A stretch of 64,000 nt of DNA from Minutocellus sp. GHC0000111. Lineage: Eukaryota. The DNA is taken from NCBI GenBank assembly GCA_977018835.1, contig OZ361261.1, positions 1,116,001-1,180,000 on the forward strand, in the 5' to 3' direction. Positions 60,488-64,000 of this stretch are shown here, piece by piece (position 1 is the stretch's first letter; each line of letters opens with the position of its first letter). Under the pieces are notes generated by a model. That model had not been told where the DNA came from. It worked only from the letters and a program-made list of their open reading frames with translations, and made no database searches. Made by a program: the position numbers and the translations under genes.

Positions 60488-61450
60488 ATGGTCCTCTGGA
60501 TTCGACGCAAGGTGTCCAAGAAGAAGCGACGATACTCGGCCGACGGCTATGATCTCGATCTGACCTATATCTGTGACAATATCATCGCCATGGGTTATCC
60601 CTCTGTCGGTATGGAGTCACTTTACAGGAACCGGCTCGTCGATGTCCGCAAGTTCTTGGATGGACGGCACCAATCGCATTACAAGGTGTACAATCTGTGT
60701 TCCGAGAAGCAGTATGCGGCGGAATGCTTTGACAATCGAACGGCATGGTATCCGTTCGATGATCACAATTGTCCTCCATTTGATATGCTGTGCCGGCTGA
60801 TGACCGACATGGAGGACAATTTGGCGGAAAACGATAAAAATGTGGCAGTAATACATTGCAAAGCTGGCAAGGGACGGACTGGTTTGGTAATTGCAGCCCA
60901 TCTGCTCCATTCTGGACAGTACAAGACATACAGAGACAGTTTGCATTTCTTCGGTTTCCGCCGAACACACAATTCAAAGGGCGTGACGATACCCAGTCAA
61001 CAGCGTTGGGTTGCAATGTATGAGCGCTACTTATTGCTCAAGGCGGCCGGCGAGGATTTGCCTTCACCTCCGACACAAAAGCTTTTAGAAGGAATTCAAT
61101 TGACAGGCGGCGTTCCAAGATTTGATGAGGTCGTCATAACTTGCGGGAAGAATAAGTGGTCCTCAAAGGATTGGGATGCAGGTTGGAGGACAAAGAGGCG
61201 AGAAGGGATTGGGTCTAAATCAATAACTGTTGTCCCTACCGAGGAAATAATGCTCACTCAGGATGTCCACGTTGCCTTCAACAAATGGGGCAAGGTATCG
61301 AGGCAAAAGAAACGCGTATTTGGATTTTGGTATAACATGCAATTTCTGAACGATGATGGAAAGTTGAAGCTAAATGGAGAAGATTTGGATGGTATCGCCA
61401 AGCACAAACGAAACCACAACTTTGAGGTGGAAGTATCTTTTAAAAGATAA
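60488..61450 (+). CDS. PTEN: PTEN-like phosphoinositide phosphatase with C2-like C-terminus
   Basis: VSKKKRRY..DLDLTYI, YPFDDHNCP, HCKAGKGRTG P-loop, GVTIPSQ. Confidence 0.92.
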   Translation: MVLWIRRKVSKKKRRYSADGYDLDLTYICDNIIAMGYPSVGMESLYRNRLVDVRKFLDGRHQSHYKVYNLCSEKQYAAECFDNRTAWYPFDDHNCPPFDMLCRLMTDMEDNLAENDKNVAVIHCKAGKGRTGLVIAAHLLHSGQYKTYRDSLHFFGFRRTHNSKGVTIPSQQRWVAMYERYLLLKAAGEDLPSPPTQKLLEGIQLTGGVPRFDEVVITCGKNKWSSKDWDAGWRTKRREGIGSKSITVVPTEEIMLTQDVHVAFNKWGKVSRQKKRVFGFWYNMQFLNDDGKLKLNGEDLDGIAKHKRNHNFEVEVSFKR

Positions 61451-61941
61451 AAGGAGTAATGCAACATAACAAGAACATACCGACCCTAAACAATGCGCAA
61501 GAGTACCGGTACGCTCACTGTATTACCGTTACCTATTCCACCCGTCGTTACGCTTAATAAGTTACAGAGACTTATCGGGTGATGAGCCGAGTTACTGGAC
61601 GCTGAGGGCGCGTTAGCACCCGAAGTTTCCAGTAATTCTGCTCATTACCCGCTACGTCTTGGTAATTTATGAAGGTAATGCTCGACTTGGGGTCATGAAA
61701 ATTCTGACACCCCATCTTGATGCACCAAAATCGCATTACTCGACTGGAGCCAATAACATAGAATAATAAAGCAATATTGGCTATAATTTTCATGATCCAA
61801 GTCAGCATTACATGTAGATCTACCGGTAGCTTTTGGTTGGTGGTTTGCTTCGCTTGAATAATATTATTTGAGGCACTAGCTAGACTAGTTTTGTCAACTC
61901 AGGCACTAAGCAGCATCTCCGGTCTGCTCATTTTTTCAGCC

Positions 61942-64000
61942 ATGGCCGACCACGACGATGATGCCGCTCCGTGCGCAACCGTCAAAAGCGACACAGCAAG
62001 CACAAAGCAGGAAACATGTGCATCATATGCTTCTGATGGCTCCAACAGCGTGCCCTCCTTGACACTTTACAATGAGATGAGCACCAAGCGCCCACGTCCG
62101 GCAAGTCCAAGCCAGCACAACGAGACCATCGCCGTCGAGAGTGAAAGCATTGCTTATACAAATAAATCTCCTCCATATCCCGAGCCGCTACCCCACGGCG
62201 CCTTTACCGGCAAGACTTTCCATCGCAATTCACTCAACTCACTCGAAACATTGGAACTGGGTCACGTCACCATACACCATCTCATCCCTCACAACAGCAC
62301 GCATTGCTTCGCCACGTCCACGCCTCGTGGCTCGAGCACATCCTTGGTCGGCGGGTAGACAGGTTTCTGCTGGTTAGGAATGACAAGCGATCGGTCAAGG
62401 ATGGTCAGGTCAAGGTAGGACGGGGGGTGTTGGAACCCATCAGCATTGAGAAGGACGAGGCCCGGAGTCGCAAGTATCAACGGGTTGTGGCCCAGCCTGC
62501 CAAGGTGGCTCTACCTGTGGAGGGTACTGGAGACTCCTCAGTAGCGGCCAAAGGTGTAAAAATGGAAGACGAAGAGGAGGCCGATATGGAAATTGGCCCA
62601 AACAAGAAAATCAAGGCAAGTCCGTCCAGTGCTGGCAGTCCTTCTCTGAAAGATGACCTCGACAGCGATACCGATGACGAAGTGGAAGTGCTGGGAACGA
62701 AACGCACCATACCCAACTGGCATCGCATCGCTGCCCGTCCTGCCACCGGTGGTTCGCTCCATTCCAAGATACTATTGTTTCGGACTGCCCAGGGGCTGCG
62801 GGTAGTGGTAACGGGATCCAACCTATGCCCTCAGTGGCGAGCCGACAGAGATTGTCTTTGGGTACAAGATTTTGATGCAGTAAAGAAACGATCGGGAGAT
62901 ACGTCGATAAGCAGTGCTCCTCGATTCGAAAAGGTTTTGCGTTCCTTCGTACAAGACGTAGCCAAGTGCCAGTCATCAAAAGATGATCAGTACGTGCGCA
63001 ACTTTGCAGCTGCGTTATTCGGTGGTATTGATTTTACGACGGCCAATGCTGAGCTTGTGCACTCCTTTCCTCGCTCGAAAAATGAGAATGACTTTGATAA
63101 GTTGGCCGGTGGTTATCCCATGCTTGCCAAGTGTGTGGAGAGGCTCAGGTCGAGGGATGAATATTCGATGCCTGGTACTGATGATGAAAATGACTGCTAC
63201 AGCGATCCCAACGATCCTTCGGACGAACATTCTGGCCTAAATGGTGTCTACGCCACAGCTGGATCGTTTGGAGATGTATCGCCAGCATTTCTGCGGCAAA
63301 TGTATCACGTTATGGGATCTGGGAACATCCCCCACGTGAGCAAAGAGGAACCTTCCTGGGAGGAAGTTCCATCAGCAATGAAATGCCTTTGGCCCAGTGC
63401 CGTAACTGCGCAGTCGATGCTACCGAGTGGCGTTATCAATAGTCTGCGTAATATCCCCATGAAATACTGGGAGACTATCCCTTCAGAGGCTCGACGGCGC
63501 ATTTTCCATGACGCAACGCCAAACACACCGAGCAGTGGCTTTGGGATCAATGAAAGAAAATGCCACCCGGTAGTGCACGGAAAGATCATCTATGCAACTC
63601 CTCGCAGAGCCAACAGTTCAGGCTTTCCCTCGGTAGTTTACTTAGGTTCTCACAACTTCTCTCGCGCCGCTTGGGGTGAAGGCGCGAAGGGACCACGAAA
63701 TATTGAGTTTGGCGTAGTTGTGGCAACTAATGACCGTGCGACGAAAATGGAATGGGAGCAGCGATTCCCGTGCACCGTTATACCTCATAACGCCATCCGA
63801 CCTCCAAACGATCCCTATTTGCCAGCATCGGCCCACAAGGGAATTCGTTTGGAATGGAACATGGGGAACCCAAAGAGAGCGGAGGAGCGGCTGCTGGAAT
63901 ACCTTCAGCGAGATTATGCAGGCGACGATGAAGAAATGGATGGATTGGTGCATGTTGATGATGGCGGTTTGAATGGTGATGACAAAGGCGGCAGTAGGGT
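61942..64000 (+). CDS. TDP1: Tyrosyl-DNA phosphodiesterase 1-like, 3'-partial, frameshift near 62320
   Basis: Two HxK..N motifs: LHSKILL..TGSNL..LWVQDF and VHGKII..LGSHNFSRAAWG..NIEFGV; frame stays open to the window end. Confidence 0.8.

Overview
Gene-dense nuclear DNA from a photosynthetic stramenopile, almost certainly a diatom. The evidence is short GT-AG introns, bipartite signal + 'AF' plastid-targeting leaders, nuclear-encoded FtsZ, ClpR and aspartate kinase, and a TTAGGG-type repeat. About 30 protein genes or fragments are present: two SLC25 carriers, RPL17, UBA52, PCNA, FtsZ, aspartate kinase, ClpR, two HSFs, PTEN, Tdp1, an NSF-like AAA ATPase, an alpha/beta hydrolase, a GFA-like protein and four paralogous secreted LRR proteins. 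No tRNA, rRNA or CRISPR array was recognised. Points worth a second look: (1) a SAP30 Sin3-binding-like domain fused to an SGF29 tandem-Tudor domain; (2) secreted LRR paralogs, one with a silaffin-like KxxK cluster; (3) a (CCCTAA)6 tract that supplies a gene's stop codon; (4) two abrupt junctions (~10230, ~29757) that truncate genes; (5) a hairpin-rich non-coding region at ~983-1280; (6) many TA-flanked palindromes resembling transposon footprints, plus a TGT..ACA MITE and a CRE-like endonuclease relic. Many small indels at short repeats inside essential genes indicate consensus errors, so disruptions should be checked against reads. All family assignments are by-eye motif recognition, not database searches.
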